Source: Candidatus Omnitrophota bacterium
Lineage (GTDB): Bacteria; Omnitrophota; Gorgyraeia; B26-G9
Direction of reading: 5' to 3'
NCBI GenBank assembly: GCA_043805415.1
Contig: JAZDHZ010000035.1
Span: 8,557-72,556, forward strand
Length of the DNA stretch: 64,000 nt
Shown here: one piece after another, positions 27,764 to 37,836 of the stretch
How the letters are laid out: every line of letters starts with the position of its first letter
How positions within the stretch are numbered: position 1 is the first letter of the stretch
Notes under the pieces: model-generated
What the model saw: only the letters and a program-made list of their open reading frames with translations
Told to the model about the DNA's origin: nothing
Database searches by the model: none
Translations under genes and position numbers: made by a program

Positions 27764-29002
27764 TTACTCCTCTGGGTTTAATCTGCTTATTTCTTTTGTA
27801 AGAATTTCCCGCATATCCGGATGATAGCCCATATACACCGCGCTGATTAAGCCCTGCTTATCCACCACAAATGTCTTGGGAATAGAATCTATAGCCAGCT
27901 GCTGCGCCAATTGCGCCTGAGCGTCAATCAGCACAGGAAAAGAATAGCTGTTTTCCTCAACCAGTTCAAGCGCTTTGTCTTTATTGGTTGTAACTGTCAG
28001 AATCTGAACATTCTGATCAGTATAAATATCTTGATATAAGCTTTCAATCAGCGGTAATTCTTTTAGACAAGGAGCGCACTCGGCTTCCCAAAAATTTACA
28101 ATTAAAACTTTTCCTTTTAAATTAAGATAACTAAATTTATCATTAAAAATATCATTAATTATAAACTCCGGAAATGCCTGCCCGACTTGTTTATTTTCCG
28201 CGCCTTCATATTCCCTAACCCCTGCTTCCTGAGCAGTGATATCAGATATATCCATTACTTGCGCGTCCGCTGGCGGACTGTATACAAAAACCTGATCCTT
28301 GATCCTAGAATTTACCTCTGGATCACTATATTCGCTCAAAGTCCTGAATTCCTGATTTTTGCTCTGGGTTTCAATTTTTGCCGCAAATTCCTTATTCAGA
28401 TCCCAATAAAAAACCACTTTTTCCAAAACCATCAGCTCTGCTTTCTGCTGGCCTTTTGCTTTTAACATCTGGATCATCCGGTCACGCGCGTCCGGCTTTA
28501 TCTCCATATTTAAAATATAGCCGCTGGCGCTTTCATCATTAAGCACTTTTACATCAATCACATTGTATTGTTGGATAAAATTATCAAACTGCTGCTTGGG
28601 ACTGAATTGTTCAAGCAGGTTCTGGATCGAAATTGAATTAGTCTCAAGCTGCGACTTGAATACGCTTATTTTTTTAGTATCCAGATTAGTCTGTTCTTGC
28701 CACAAAACATTGTTGTCATAAATAAGTAAATTTTTCGCGCGGTACTTTCCATTAGCAGATATAATCTCGAAATCCATTTTAAGTTTATCCGGAGCTTTAA
28801 AATACAGCACACCCTGCGCGTTTACCTGCGAATCCTGGCTATGGCTTTCCTGCGTTAAAAAAACCTTTACATCCTTTAACTGCTCATAGCTTTTCTGAAT
28901 TTGCGCCACAATTGCTTGCGGATCAATCTCTTCCGCGGCAGAACAAAATCCGCAAGACACGCTGCAAATAATAATTGAAAATAATACAGTGATTTTACGC
29001 AT
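27764..29002 (-). CDS. Exported LolA-like domain fused to a TlpA/ResA-type thioredoxin
   Basis: Signal peptide; G.LYFKAPDKLK, LIYDNN.LW, F.YSPP..AQV (LolA-like); C-terminal VNFWEAECAPC.KELP and IPKTFVVD. Confidence 0.75.
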   Translation of the reverse strand: MRKITVLFSIIICSVSCGFCSAAEEIDPQAIVAQIQKSYEQLKDVKVFLTQESHSQDSQVNAQGVLYFKAPDKLKMDFEIISANGKYRAKNLLIYDNNVLWQEQTNLDTKKISVFKSQLETNSISIQNLLEQFSPKQQFDNFIQQYNVIDVKVLNDESASGYILNMEIKPDARDRMIQMLKAKGQQKAELMVLEKVVFYWDLNKEFAAKIETQSKNQEFRTLSEYSDPEVNSRIKDQVFVYSPPADAQVMDISDITAQEAGVREYEGAENKQVGQAFPEFIINDIFNDKFSYLNLKGKVLIVNFWEAECAPCLKELPLIESLYQDIYTDQNVQILTVTTNKDKALELVEENSYSFPVLIDAQAQLAQQLAIDSIPKTFVVDKQGLISAVYMGYHPDMREILTKEISRLNPEE

Positions 29003-29033
29003 TTACCGCCTTTTTAATTAAATCCGAATCAGC

Positions 29034-29777
29034 TTATACTTCTATCTGCAGTCCATCCCCAGCCGCAAGGCTGTTTAAAAACAGTTTTCTTGCCTGGCCT
29101 TGCGCTGTTTTGCGGGACTTTAAGGTTTGATAATTATCCGCGTCAAAATGGGTCAGGACTAACTGCTTTACCCTGGCTTGCTTGGCAAGCATTGCGGCAT
29201 GTGTTGGATCAAGATGCGGCCAGCCCTGATCATCCTGGCCCTGGCGCAGGGCGCACTCGGTTATCAATAAATCAGCTTTATCCGCTAAATAAAAAGCGTT
29301 TTTACATAAACCCGTATCCGTACAGTAGCTGATTACTTTATGCTTAAAACTAAAGCGATAGCCCAGACAAACACTGGAATGGACTAATTGCCGCGCTTGG
29401 ATTTTTATCGTGCCGAGATTAAAACTAGTCTTAGTCTGAACAATCTTTAATTTAAACCCTAGCCTTTTTATTGGCATAGTAAACGGCTGTTCAAGGTAAT
29501 CAAACAGTGCTTGCTTTAATTGTTTCGGCACAAATAATGTCACGCCTTTAGTAAACTTAAATTTTGCCAAAGCGTGCAGTCCGGCGATATGATCTAAATG
29601 TAAATGACTTAAAAATATATATGTCGGCAAAGCATCATCCATATACTTATCAGCTTTTACCAAACCCATGCCCGCATCCAGAATAATATTGCCGGATTTT
29701 GATTTTATCAATGTGCAAACTGTATCCCCGGTTTTTGTATCAAACCAGCCATTAGTTCCTAAAAATATTATCCGCAA
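29034..29777 (-). CDS. MBL-fold metallo-hydrolase (RNase Z/BN-like)
   Basis: IFLGT.G, LDAG, SHLHLDH, YCTDT, HLDP, LVLTHF. Likely TTG start at 29777 (ORF open to 29813). Confidence 0.85.
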   Translation of the reverse strand: MRIIFLGTNGWFDTKTGDTVCTLIKSKSGNIILDAGMGLVKADKYMDDALPTYIFLSHLHLDHIAGLHALAKFKFTKGVTLFVPKQLKQALFDYLEQPFTMPIKRLGFKLKIVQTKTSFNLGTIKIQARQLVHSSVCLGYRFSFKHKVISYCTDTGLCKNAFYLADKADLLITECALRQGQDDQGWPHLDPTHAAMLAKQARVKQLVLTHFDADNYQTLKSRKTAQGQARKLFLNSLAAGDGLQIEV

Positions 29778-29799
29778 GTTTTTTCCTTTGCTCCTAAAT

Positions 29800-30171
29800 T
29801 TAAAGCATGTCATCTAATTCATCGCCGCGGATTAAAGCCAGTATCGCTGCTTGCGGCACAATAAGATATTTTGTCTTTTCATACTCTATTTCCACTGCCG
29901 AACCGCGTAAAAATATTGCCCGGTCATTAACCTTTGCCTGCAAAGGAAAATACTGAGTTTTATCCCCAGGCTGCTTTCGCCAAGGCTCATCAGCTATATC
30001 CTGAGGTTCAGGCACGGGAATCCCTGGCCCGACTTTAATTATCAGCCCGCTATTCACCTTTTCTTTCTCATAAGTTCCCTGAGGAAGATATAAACCGGAG
30101 CTGGTCATTTCTTTAGAATTATCCGGTTTAATTAAAACCCGGTCACCAATCACAATAAGTTCTCTTGCCAT
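29800..30171 (-). CDS. Co-chaperonin GroES-family protein (orphan)
   Basis: GDRVLIKP...TSSGLYLP...G.IIKVGPG; insertion before PLQAKV.D; no groEL adjacent. Confidence 0.85.
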   Translation of the reverse strand: MARELIVIGDRVLIKPDNSKEMTSSGLYLPQGTYEKEKVNSGLIIKVGPGIPVPEPQDIADEPWRKQPGDKTQYFPLQAKVNDRAIFLRGSAVEIEYEKTKYLIVPQAAILALIRGDELDDML

Positions 30172-30252
30172 AATTATCTCTTCTGTTTTCTGTATTGCGT
30201 CGTGTGTATCGCGTAAAAAACTAAAACAGTTCTTAAAGTTTTTTTTCTTTTG

Positions 30253-30290
30253 CTATGAGCCATCAGCTATAAGCTAAGCGCGAAGCGCTT
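30253..30290. repeat. Heptamer repeat plus GCGCGAAGCGC hairpin element
   Basis: GCTATGAGCCATCAGCTATAAGCTAAGCGCGAAGCGCT, nearly identical to 22643..22680. Confidence 0.85.
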
Positions 30291-31342
30291 TAGTCTTTAT
30301 TCACAAACAAAGTCTGCGTGGGATAGGCAAACTCAATCTTTTCTTTTTTAAATTCTTTCATTATCTCAAGATTAATTTGTTGCTGGATATCCATATATTT
30401 ATTATAATCCGGAGTTAAGGCATAATATACAACTTCAATAACTAGACTAAAATCTCCATATGAGCAAAAATGCGCCCGATCAAACCGAGCATCTTTTATA
30501 TTCTCTATAATTTTTTTAATCATCACTGGCGCTTTTTGCATCTGTTCAAGAGAAGTCTGATACGTTACTCCCAGCTTAAAAACAACACGTCTTTCCTGCA
30601 TTCTTTTATAATTACGGACTCTGGAATTGGTCAAATCAGTATTGGAAAATATCAACTGCTCGCCGCCTAAACTGCGCAATCTTGTTGTTTTCATGCCAAT
30701 ATGCTCAACTGATCCTAAGTAATCATTGATAATAATGAAATCGCCGATCTCAAATGGCCGATCAACGATAATCGCAAAAAAACTAAAAACATCACCAAGC
30801 ACCGCCTGAGCCGCAAGCCCAACCGCGATCCCGCCAATCCCTAATCCGGCAATTATGGTTGAAACTTTAAACCCCAGATTATCAAGTAAAAATACAATGC
30901 CGACCCCCCAGACAATAACTTTTATAACCGTAGCTACGCCTTTTAAGCTTTTCTCTCTGGCATCATTAGCCTGCCCCTTAATATGAAAGGACAATAAAAA
31001 AAAGTTTATTACTGCCACCAAAAAGCGAATTGCCATTATCGTAAGAATCGCTGTGACAAAAACATTCATTGCTTTTATAACCCCGAGAGGCAAAGTTAGA
31101 TTTTGCATGCACAAATAAAACACGCCCACATATAAAAGCGGCATAACAGTACGCTGCATGATCCGGATAAAAAAATCATCGATTTTTGTCGCTGTTTTCC
31201 TTGCCAGCATCTTAAGTCTTTTAACAATAATATGCTTTACGATTATCAGCACTAAAATGCTGCCGATAAAGATTCCCAGGCAAATCATATATTCGCGCAG
31301 GGTATTGCCAAAAACCAGCTTATTTAAGATCTCGGTAAACAT
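30290..31342 (-). CDS. mscS: Small-conductance mechanosensitive channel (MscS family)
   Basis: AGLGIGGIAVGLAAQ, DRPFEIGDFI, G.VE.IG.KTTR, IEFAYPT. Confidence 0.92.
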   Translation of the reverse strand: MFTEILNKLVFGNTLREYMICLGIFIGSILVLIIVKHIIVKRLKMLARKTATKIDDFFIRIMQRTVMPLLYVGVFYLCMQNLTLPLGVIKAMNVFVTAILTIMAIRFLVAVINFFLLSFHIKGQANDAREKSLKGVATVIKVIVWGVGIVFLLDNLGFKVSTIIAGLGIGGIAVGLAAQAVLGDVFSFFAIIVDRPFEIGDFIIINDYLGSVEHIGMKTTRLRSLGGEQLIFSNTDLTNSRVRNYKRMQERRVVFKLGVTYQTSLEQMQKAPVMIKKIIENIKDARFDRAHFCSYGDFSLVIEVVYYALTPDYNKYMDIQQQINLEIMKEFKKEKIEFAYPTQTLFVNKD

Positions 31343-31458
31343 CCTGCCTCCAGTTTTAATTATTCAATAGATTACAGATTATTCTATTTATAAGAACAAA
31401 ATAATTTTATCAAAACCCGCTAACAAAGACAAGGCTTTGTTAGAATGACCCGCTTTTC

Positions 31459-32736
31459 TTATTCTGCTTTTTCGCATTCCTTAAGCATCGCTTCTGCCAT
31501 AGCCTGGGCTACGATCTGACTGCCCTCTTGTCCGAAATGACAAAAAGTATCGATATATAACGGCTGAGCGCAATCTTTAAAAACCATACTCAGATCATAT
31601 AAAGCAACCCCTTGTTCTTTTAAGCTTTGGCCTTGTTCTTTTAAATAAGGATAGCCCTTGACCACTATCGGACGGTGCAAAGCATTGGGATCAAAAGCAA
31701 TGTCTAACTCCGTTTGATTCATGTTTTTTGAATCAGGCAAATATTGGCAGGGCTGAATAAAATGCAGATATTTTATCTTATTTGCCGAACAAAGATCCCG
31801 CATCTGCTTTGAAGACCTTGCCCAAAATTCAGTTAATGCTAGGTATAAAGCTTGCTCATTGTCATAATTAAAATCCGGGCCATGACCAAGAACACTACGC
31901 GTGTCTTTAGTCTGTTCTTTTTGCAAATTAAAAAGCTGCATTCTTTTTTCGGTTATTTTTGAGTTTAAATCCCTTTCTAAGCAATAGTTTATAAGCCGCG
32001 CTGTTGAGGAAAAACGCAAAATTCCACAACTTACAATATTAGCCTGCCTAAGGCTTTTTTGCTTGAGATTTAAGATATCAGCAAGAATTACAATTTGCGT
32101 TTCCATTATTGCCGTATCTACAACTTTCAGATCCCACCTGCGGGGGAAAAATGGATTAACATTGTTGGGGATATTCCGCAGCACTGGTAAAACAAGTTCA
32201 TTAAACCCATCCAAATTAAGCACAAAATCAAATTCCCCGCCCAATGCCAATAAATAGTTTAACACCATTAATTGCTGCGGCTGCTTATAGCTGCCAATTG
32301 CCAGATTAATCACAATAATTTCTTTATCTTTAAAAGCATTAGCCTGGCTCAAAGCGTCTTTTAGGGTATTAGCGCCAAATTGCGCTAAGATCTCCGCTGC
32401 TGATCCGCCAAAAATACCAATGATGATTTTATTATCTGATTTTTTCTGGATAGGAATTTTCGTATCTAAAAAACCAAATTTTGTAATCTCTAGTTCTTGG
32501 GGATTGTAGATAAAACCAAGATATGGATGAATGATAAACCGTCCGACATTTTTTGTCATCCACGGCGGCAGGATAATTTTCAAATCAGCTTTTGGATCAT
32601 TGCATACCGCGCCCGCGTTTATCCTGGATTTGTTACCCCAAAGAAAATGTAATGCCGCAAAAGCAAAAATTTCAATAAGACCGCAGGCAAGTAAAAAAAT
32701 TATCAGGCAAAAAATTACTTTTTTTTGGATTTTCAT
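31459..32736 (-). CDS. Membrane-anchored SGNH-hydrolase-like hypothetical protein
   Basis: N-terminal TM, IFGGSAA, NLA..SY, LDGFNE, YIDTFCHF. Confidence 0.65.
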   Translation of the reverse strand: MKIQKKVIFCLIIFLLACGLIEIFAFAALHFLWGNKSRINAGAVCNDPKADLKIILPPWMTKNVGRFIIHPYLGFIYNPQELEITKFGFLDTKIPIQKKSDNKIIIGIFGGSAAEILAQFGANTLKDALSQANAFKDKEIIVINLAIGSYKQPQQLMVLNYLLALGGEFDFVLNLDGFNELVLPVLRNIPNNVNPFFPRRWDLKVVDTAIMETQIVILADILNLKQKSLRQANIVSCGILRFSSTARLINYCLERDLNSKITEKRMQLFNLQKEQTKDTRSVLGHGPDFNYDNEQALYLALTEFWARSSKQMRDLCSANKIKYLHFIQPCQYLPDSKNMNQTELDIAFDPNALHRPIVVKGYPYLKEQGQSLKEQGVALYDLSMVFKDCAQPLYIDTFCHFGQEGSQIVAQAMAEAMLKECEKAE

Positions 32737-32756
32737 CTATTTAATATTTTCCCGGA

Positions 32757-34268
32757 TTATTTTATTTTTCTCGTTCCCGGCAAACTCAATTCCACAACTT
32801 TTGGATTTTGACCAAATATATTTTTATATATTTCATTGTATTTATCTTTGCCGCCAATACATGCAAACACAAACGGCATTGCCTTTTTCGCCTGTACAGC
32901 CATGGCCCGCGAAACATTCTGGATATCCCATTGAGCATGCGCGTCTTCCCGCAGACGGGAAATATGATACATCTCGCGCGCGTTAACCCGAATCATTACC
33001 CGTTTTCTATGCGCGTTAGTCAAAACATAGGGAGCAGCCAAAGGAATTTCCCGGCTGATAGCGTCATAGACCTGATTGGTTCTATCCACAATCTCCTGGA
33101 AAAAGCCATCCATATTGATTTCCTTTATTGCCTGGGGTATGGTAATTCCCAGACTTGGGTCATAACTTTGCGCCGTAATTGTTGACATCCGATGCCGCTT
33201 TAACTGCCCAAAACAAGCCGACGACAAAACAATATCAAAAGTAAGATTCACATACTCAAATTCTCTAAGCATGGAATCATAAAACTGCATATTCTGCCAG
33301 GCAGTTTTAAATATTTTTTTAACATCTAATTCCGGCAAGTTATCAACTATCTTGCGGCATTGCTTATAAGAATAATTGGACGCGGAATGCAATAAAGCTG
33401 TTGCGACTATCGCGTCGCCGTATTTTGTAAAATCAACCAATTTAACCAGATCAATGTCATAAAAAGTTTCTTTAGCTGCCTTTGACATGATTATATTAGC
33501 CAGCGCTTTAAGTTCCGGATATGTTTTTTGGTCACGGTCATTTGCCTGATGAAAAATTACAATCGAAGGAGCGACTTCGGCAACCTGTTCATAGAGCATC
33601 CTGCCTAAACTTCTAATCTCAGCTAAAGGGTGAGAGGAAAACCTTCTCAGCAAAAGCTCCAGATTGCGGGCATTAATAGTTTGTCCTACCTGAGACTCAG
33701 TAGCTAAGCTTGTGATATAACGCGCGTCTTCTTTTGCCCAACCTTCAAGCAGATTATGATTTTTCGGGTCCAATGCCAGTGCCGCGTTTTGCTGAAAAAC
33801 ATATTTTTTAAGCTTTTCAAACAATTCAAAATATGCCTTATTCTGCACCGCGATCATATCTCGAAACATTTTTTCAAATTTAGTTCCCTGAATCTCGGCT
33901 GGCACAACAACATCATCCTCTAATGTAATATAGCGTTGTGATTTCTCGGTATAAGAACATAATCTGAATTTTTCCAACTCTTCCATCGCAAAACGGGAAA
34001 CTCCTAAAATATCAAAATTGAACACCGCATGCTCAGCCACAGAATGATGCCCCATTTTAAATATAATCGTTGAATTTGATTTGCGCGATTTTTCTACTTC
34101 CTGCCGAGATGTTTGCCTGATTTCATTAATCGGACGGGGGTCTCTACTAATCCGCGCGTAAGCTGCTGAGAGCACCTCAGGGGTAAGATCTTCACGCTTG
34201 CCTGCCTTTGCCTCCATATCACGCAAAACCGTAGAATCCACATTAAAACCAGCTAAATAAACTTTCAT
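32757..34268 (-). CDS. Tandem two-domain ThyX-family flavin-dependent thymidylate synthase
   Basis: N-domain GHHSVAEH, SYTEKSQRY, EDARY, NARNLE; C-domain LKRHRMS, N.RE..H..RLR...HAQWDI. Confidence 0.85.
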   Translation of the reverse strand: MKVYLAGFNVDSTVLRDMEAKAGKREDLTPEVLSAAYARISRDPRPINEIRQTSRQEVEKSRKSNSTIIFKMGHHSVAEHAVFNFDILGVSRFAMEELEKFRLCSYTEKSQRYITLEDDVVVPAEIQGTKFEKMFRDMIAVQNKAYFELFEKLKKYVFQQNAALALDPKNHNLLEGWAKEDARYITSLATESQVGQTINARNLELLLRRFSSHPLAEIRSLGRMLYEQVAEVAPSIVIFHQANDRDQKTYPELKALANIIMSKAAKETFYDIDLVKLVDFTKYGDAIVATALLHSASNYSYKQCRKIVDNLPELDVKKIFKTAWQNMQFYDSMLREFEYVNLTFDIVLSSACFGQLKRHRMSTITAQSYDPSLGITIPQAIKEINMDGFFQEIVDRTNQVYDAISREIPLAAPYVLTNAHRKRVMIRVNAREMYHISRLREDAHAQWDIQNVSRAMAVQAKKAMPFVFACIGGKDKYNEIYKNIFGQNPKVVELSLPGTRKIK

Positions 34269-34473
34269 TTTTCACCACCCTCATCTTAATTATTCCGAAA
34301 GTTTTATGATATTCGCAGAAAGCTATTCTGCTTAGTATCTATAAATTTTTAATCAGCGACTATTATTTATTATTAGCAGAAATAAGCAGATAGAAACATC
34401 AGGAAGCCCGCCCAGAATAGGGATTGAGTCTGTAAATTTTAGCAGAATTGGAAAACGTGCCGAAAGAAAAAAT

Positions 34474-36819
34474 TTATTCTACCTTATAACTCTCAACAAG
34501 CTCTCGTAGATGCGCGGAAACTCTAGCAAGTTCTGTTGCGCTTACAGTCATCTCTTCCATTGACCCGGTTACTTCCTCAGCAGAAGAAGAAACTGATTCT
34601 GTTGACTCCACGCTTGTATTAGCAACACTAGCTACATCCTTGACAGCCTTCATCACAGAGTTCACCCCTTCAATCTGCTTGGGAATAAGATCAGCGATCT
34701 TCATCATTAATTGCTTTGCCTTTAATGTTGTCTCCGCGATTACTGCCTGGACTTTTCCAGCCATTACCGCGATATCTTTTCCTTCTTGCGCTTTCTGTTT
34801 TTCAGATACCGCGTATTCAACGGCTTTATCAATATCCGCTATAATTTTTTCAATCAAATGTGATATCTTGCTTGCCGCTCTTGAAGAGCCTTCTGCCAAC
34901 TTTCTCACTTCCTCGGCAACAACAGCAAAACCCCGTCCAGCGTCACCAGCCCTTGCTGCTTCAATAGCAGCATTTAAAGCCAGCAAATTTGTTTGATCGG
35001 CAAAACTGGTAATCGTGCCGACAATCTCTCCAACTTCAGTAGAACTGCTTTTCAATTGTTCAATTGCCTCAGCTGAATCTATTGCCGCCTCAGTTAATTT
35101 ATCCATCTTATCAATAAGCTGCAGAACTGATTTCCTGCCTTCATTCGCGTTATTGGTAGATTCAACAACCTGACTTGCCGCTGACTCGGTATCAACCCCT
35201 ACTGAAGTCAAACTTGCCGATAAGTCCTTGAATACCATCTCGATTTCCTGAATTTTTCCTGCTTGAAGATTAGCTCCCTTGGCGATATTTATAACTGATT
35301 GTCCCATTTCCGCGACAGCGGAATTAATTTGCTGCGAAGTTGATGAAAATTGATCTGAAGAATCAGCAACCTTGTTGGACATTTCTAAAATTTTAGATAT
35401 AAGCGAGCGCATTTGCTCAAGAAATAAGTTAAAATATGTGCCCAACTCCCCGATTTCATCAGTAGTGTTAATATCAATCTTCTTGGTTAAATCACCTTTG
35501 CCCATTGCGATATCTTTAAGCATTTTCAGCATTGAAGTAGCAGGCCTTGTTATCGCCCGAATAATTACCAAAGCGATAATTATAAGAATGATCGCGATAA
35601 CAATCATTGTTATGGATATAGTCGTAACCTGCATCCTACCCATACTTTCAACATTTTTCGCTACTTGGCCTACCGCTGTCTTTTTAACAATATCAAGATT
35701 AGAGGACACATCATCTTTGCTTTGCTCCAGCCTAGCTTTTGCTTTATCAATAACTAAAGAAGCATCTTTGACAGTCGCCGCGGTACGCTGGTCAATTTCA
35801 GACTCAGTTTGCGCGGCATACTCTTTAAGTTTTCTCGGCATCTCTGTTTTCATCAAAGCGATTTTTCTACCCAAATTTCCCTGCGTGACTAATGCCTTGC
35901 GGGTTTCCTCCATTTGAACATTAATCAAACTGCCAATCATTGTTTCAAATAACTGATCCATCACCCGTCCACTGATCTTGGCCTCACGCGCCAAGTCCGC
36001 GTCTGTCGCGCTTTGCATTAATTCCATTTCCAAGTTCATCTTATCCGTCAACAGCAATAGCCCTTGTTCAGCCCTTAAAAAGATTTTCTCATTGTTTTTA
36101 ACAATACTCTGTTTTAACGACTCAATCGCCTCTCCGGTTAAATAATCATTAAACTTATCGCTATTAAATTCCGCGCCTGAAGCAGCATCCTGAGAAGCCA
36201 TTATAATTCCAATTGTTTTTTCATCAATAAGCGCAAGAGCTTCATCGGTTGAATTTTGCATATCACTCTTAAATTCTCCCAAAATCTTCTTAATCCGTAT
36301 CACATTCGCGAAGGTAGAATCTGACAAGAAATATAAGCGCAAACTAGCTACATCTTTAAGTATTGTTTGCGAACGAGTGCTTTCCCCTACTAAATTTCCT
36401 ATAGAATCCGCTGCTTTGGCAAACGAGGTATCATAGCCCTGGCTCATTTCTTCCTGCAAAATTCCCAGGGAACTTCCAACTTCTGTTACTACATCATTCA
36501 TTGTTTGTTCACTAAACGCCTGCAAGTTCCTTTGCCCCTTAAGCGCGATCTCCCTAATAACATCCAAAGCAACAAGCCCGCTGGTTTCTCTGACGCTCTG
36601 TTCGGCTAATTCCTTAAATTTTACGAAAATATCCTCAATTTTAGAAAATCCGCCATCAAATCCGGTATTGACTGTCGAGGTTATTTCTCTTTTAAGCACT
36701 CCTTGGGAAACAAGTCCGGTAATAACAGCGCCCATTCCTGATAGCAAAATTGTAAGTATCACCAGAGCCAATATCTTATGGCTTAATCCAAATTTTATAT
36801 TTTTTTTCTCATCCCCCAT
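34474..36819 (-). CDS. Methyl-accepting chemotaxis protein with a large helical periplasmic domain
   Basis: Two TMs, HAMP (GDLT..I...DEIG.L...FN), signalling tip [35 protein letters not shown]. Confidence 0.93.
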   Translation of the reverse strand: MGDEKKNIKFGLSHKILALVILTILLSGMGAVITGLVSQGVLKREITSTVNTGFDGGFSKIEDIFVKFKELAEQSVRETSGLVALDVIREIALKGQRNLQAFSEQTMNDVVTEVGSSLGILQEEMSQGYDTSFAKAADSIGNLVGESTRSQTILKDVASLRLYFLSDSTFANVIRIKKILGEFKSDMQNSTDEALALIDEKTIGIIMASQDAASGAEFNSDKFNDYLTGEAIESLKQSIVKNNEKIFLRAEQGLLLLTDKMNLEMELMQSATDADLAREAKISGRVMDQLFETMIGSLINVQMEETRKALVTQGNLGRKIALMKTEMPRKLKEYAAQTESEIDQRTAATVKDASLVIDKAKARLEQSKDDVSSNLDIVKKTAVGQVAKNVESMGRMQVTTISITMIVIAIILIIIALVIIRAITRPATSMLKMLKDIAMGKGDLTKKIDINTTDEIGELGTYFNLFLEQMRSLISKILEMSNKVADSSDQFSSTSQQINSAVAEMGQSVINIAKGANLQAGKIQEIEMVFKDLSASLTSVGVDTESAASQVVESTNNANEGRKSVLQLIDKMDKLTEAAIDSAEAIEQLKSSSTEVGEIVGTITSFADQTNLLALNAAIEAARAGDAGRGFAVVAEEVRKLAEGSSRAASKISHLIEKIIADIDKAVEYAVSEKQKAQEGKDIAVMAGKVQAVIAETTLKAKQLMMKIADLIPKQIEGVNSVMKAVKDVASVANTSVESTESVSSSAEEVTGSMEEMTVSATELARVSAHLRELVESYKVE

Positions 36820-36833
36820 AAAAGCACCTTTCC

Positions 36834-37793
36834 TTAACGAGAAAATTGATTATCAATAATATCAGCCAAATTAACCGCTGAATCTAAAATACCTAAATCT
36901 AGTGCTTGCTTTTCAACATTCTCAAGATCTTCCTGCTTGATCCGCATATCATCAAATCTTATTTTACTTGCTGAATTGTTTAATGATTTCTGGACAATTT
37001 CAGGATCAATACCCAAAATTTCGAATTGAGAAAAAGCAATTTGCTTTCCACCGGAATTTTTTAAATCTTTTTCAATAATTTGGCCTGATTTTTTGATCGC
37101 GTCAACCAATTGTTTTAATTCTTTGGAATGTCTTTTAATGATTAGCGGATTGACCATTAAAACTACGTCAATAAAATTATCCCTTATAGCCACACCCGGA
37201 ACCGCTGTTTTCACTATTCCTTCAGCTTGCGCCATCGTCCCATAAGGTTCTGACAGTAGAAAGCCCTGGATCTTTTCCGTTCTAAGAAGATCCAAGGCTC
37301 GCGTCTGGGGAATAGCGATATAGCGTACATCAGGGCCCAATTCCAGCCCCTTACTTTTTAAAAATTCTGCCAATAAAAGCAATTGGCCAGTATCATTGCC
37401 CGACACGCCGATCATTGTGCCCCTAAAGCTATCCGCGGAATCCTGGCTAAAATTAGTAACCAGCATATCTCCGTTTCTATGCAAACCCATTATTATTTTA
37501 AGCGGAATATTACGGTTAGCCATTTTTATTACTTTTGGCGCTGTCATTGCCGCGATATCTATAATCCCTGTTCTGTAAGCAGCTTCCAATCCAGTCCAAG
37601 TTGAAAAAACCTCAATCTGCACTGACATGTTTGCATTAGAAACCTCAGCCTGCGTTGCCCCGATAGCTAAAGGTAATGACTCGATTATCGGCAATAAACC
37701 AACCTTAAGAACTACCTTATCTTGAGCAAAAACACACGCAGGTTTAAATGCCAGTAGCATCAGCAAACCCATTATAATAATTTTTCTGGGCAT
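36834..37793 (-). CDS. ABC-type substrate-binding protein (NitT/TauT/NrtA-like)
   Basis: Signal peptide, LKVGLLP..S.PL, G.ID.A, EPY. Confidence 0.75.
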   Translation of the reverse strand: MPRKIIIMGLLMLLAFKPACVFAQDKVVLKVGLLPIIESLPLAIGATQAEVSNANMSVQIEVFSTWTGLEAAYRTGIIDIAAMTAPKVIKMANRNIPLKIIMGLHRNGDMLVTNFSQDSADSFRGTMIGVSGNDTGQLLLLAEFLKSKGLELGPDVRYIAIPQTRALDLLRTEKIQGFLLSEPYGTMAQAEGIVKTAVPGVAIRDNFIDVVLMVNPLIIKRHSKELKQLVDAIKKSGQIIEKDLKNSGGKQIAFSQFEILGIDPEIVQKSLNNSASKIRFDDMRIKQEDLENVEKQALDLGILDSAVNLADIIDNQFSR

Positions 37794-37836
37794 AGATATG
37801 GCTCCTTGCCTTAAAATAAAATGTTATAAATAATTT

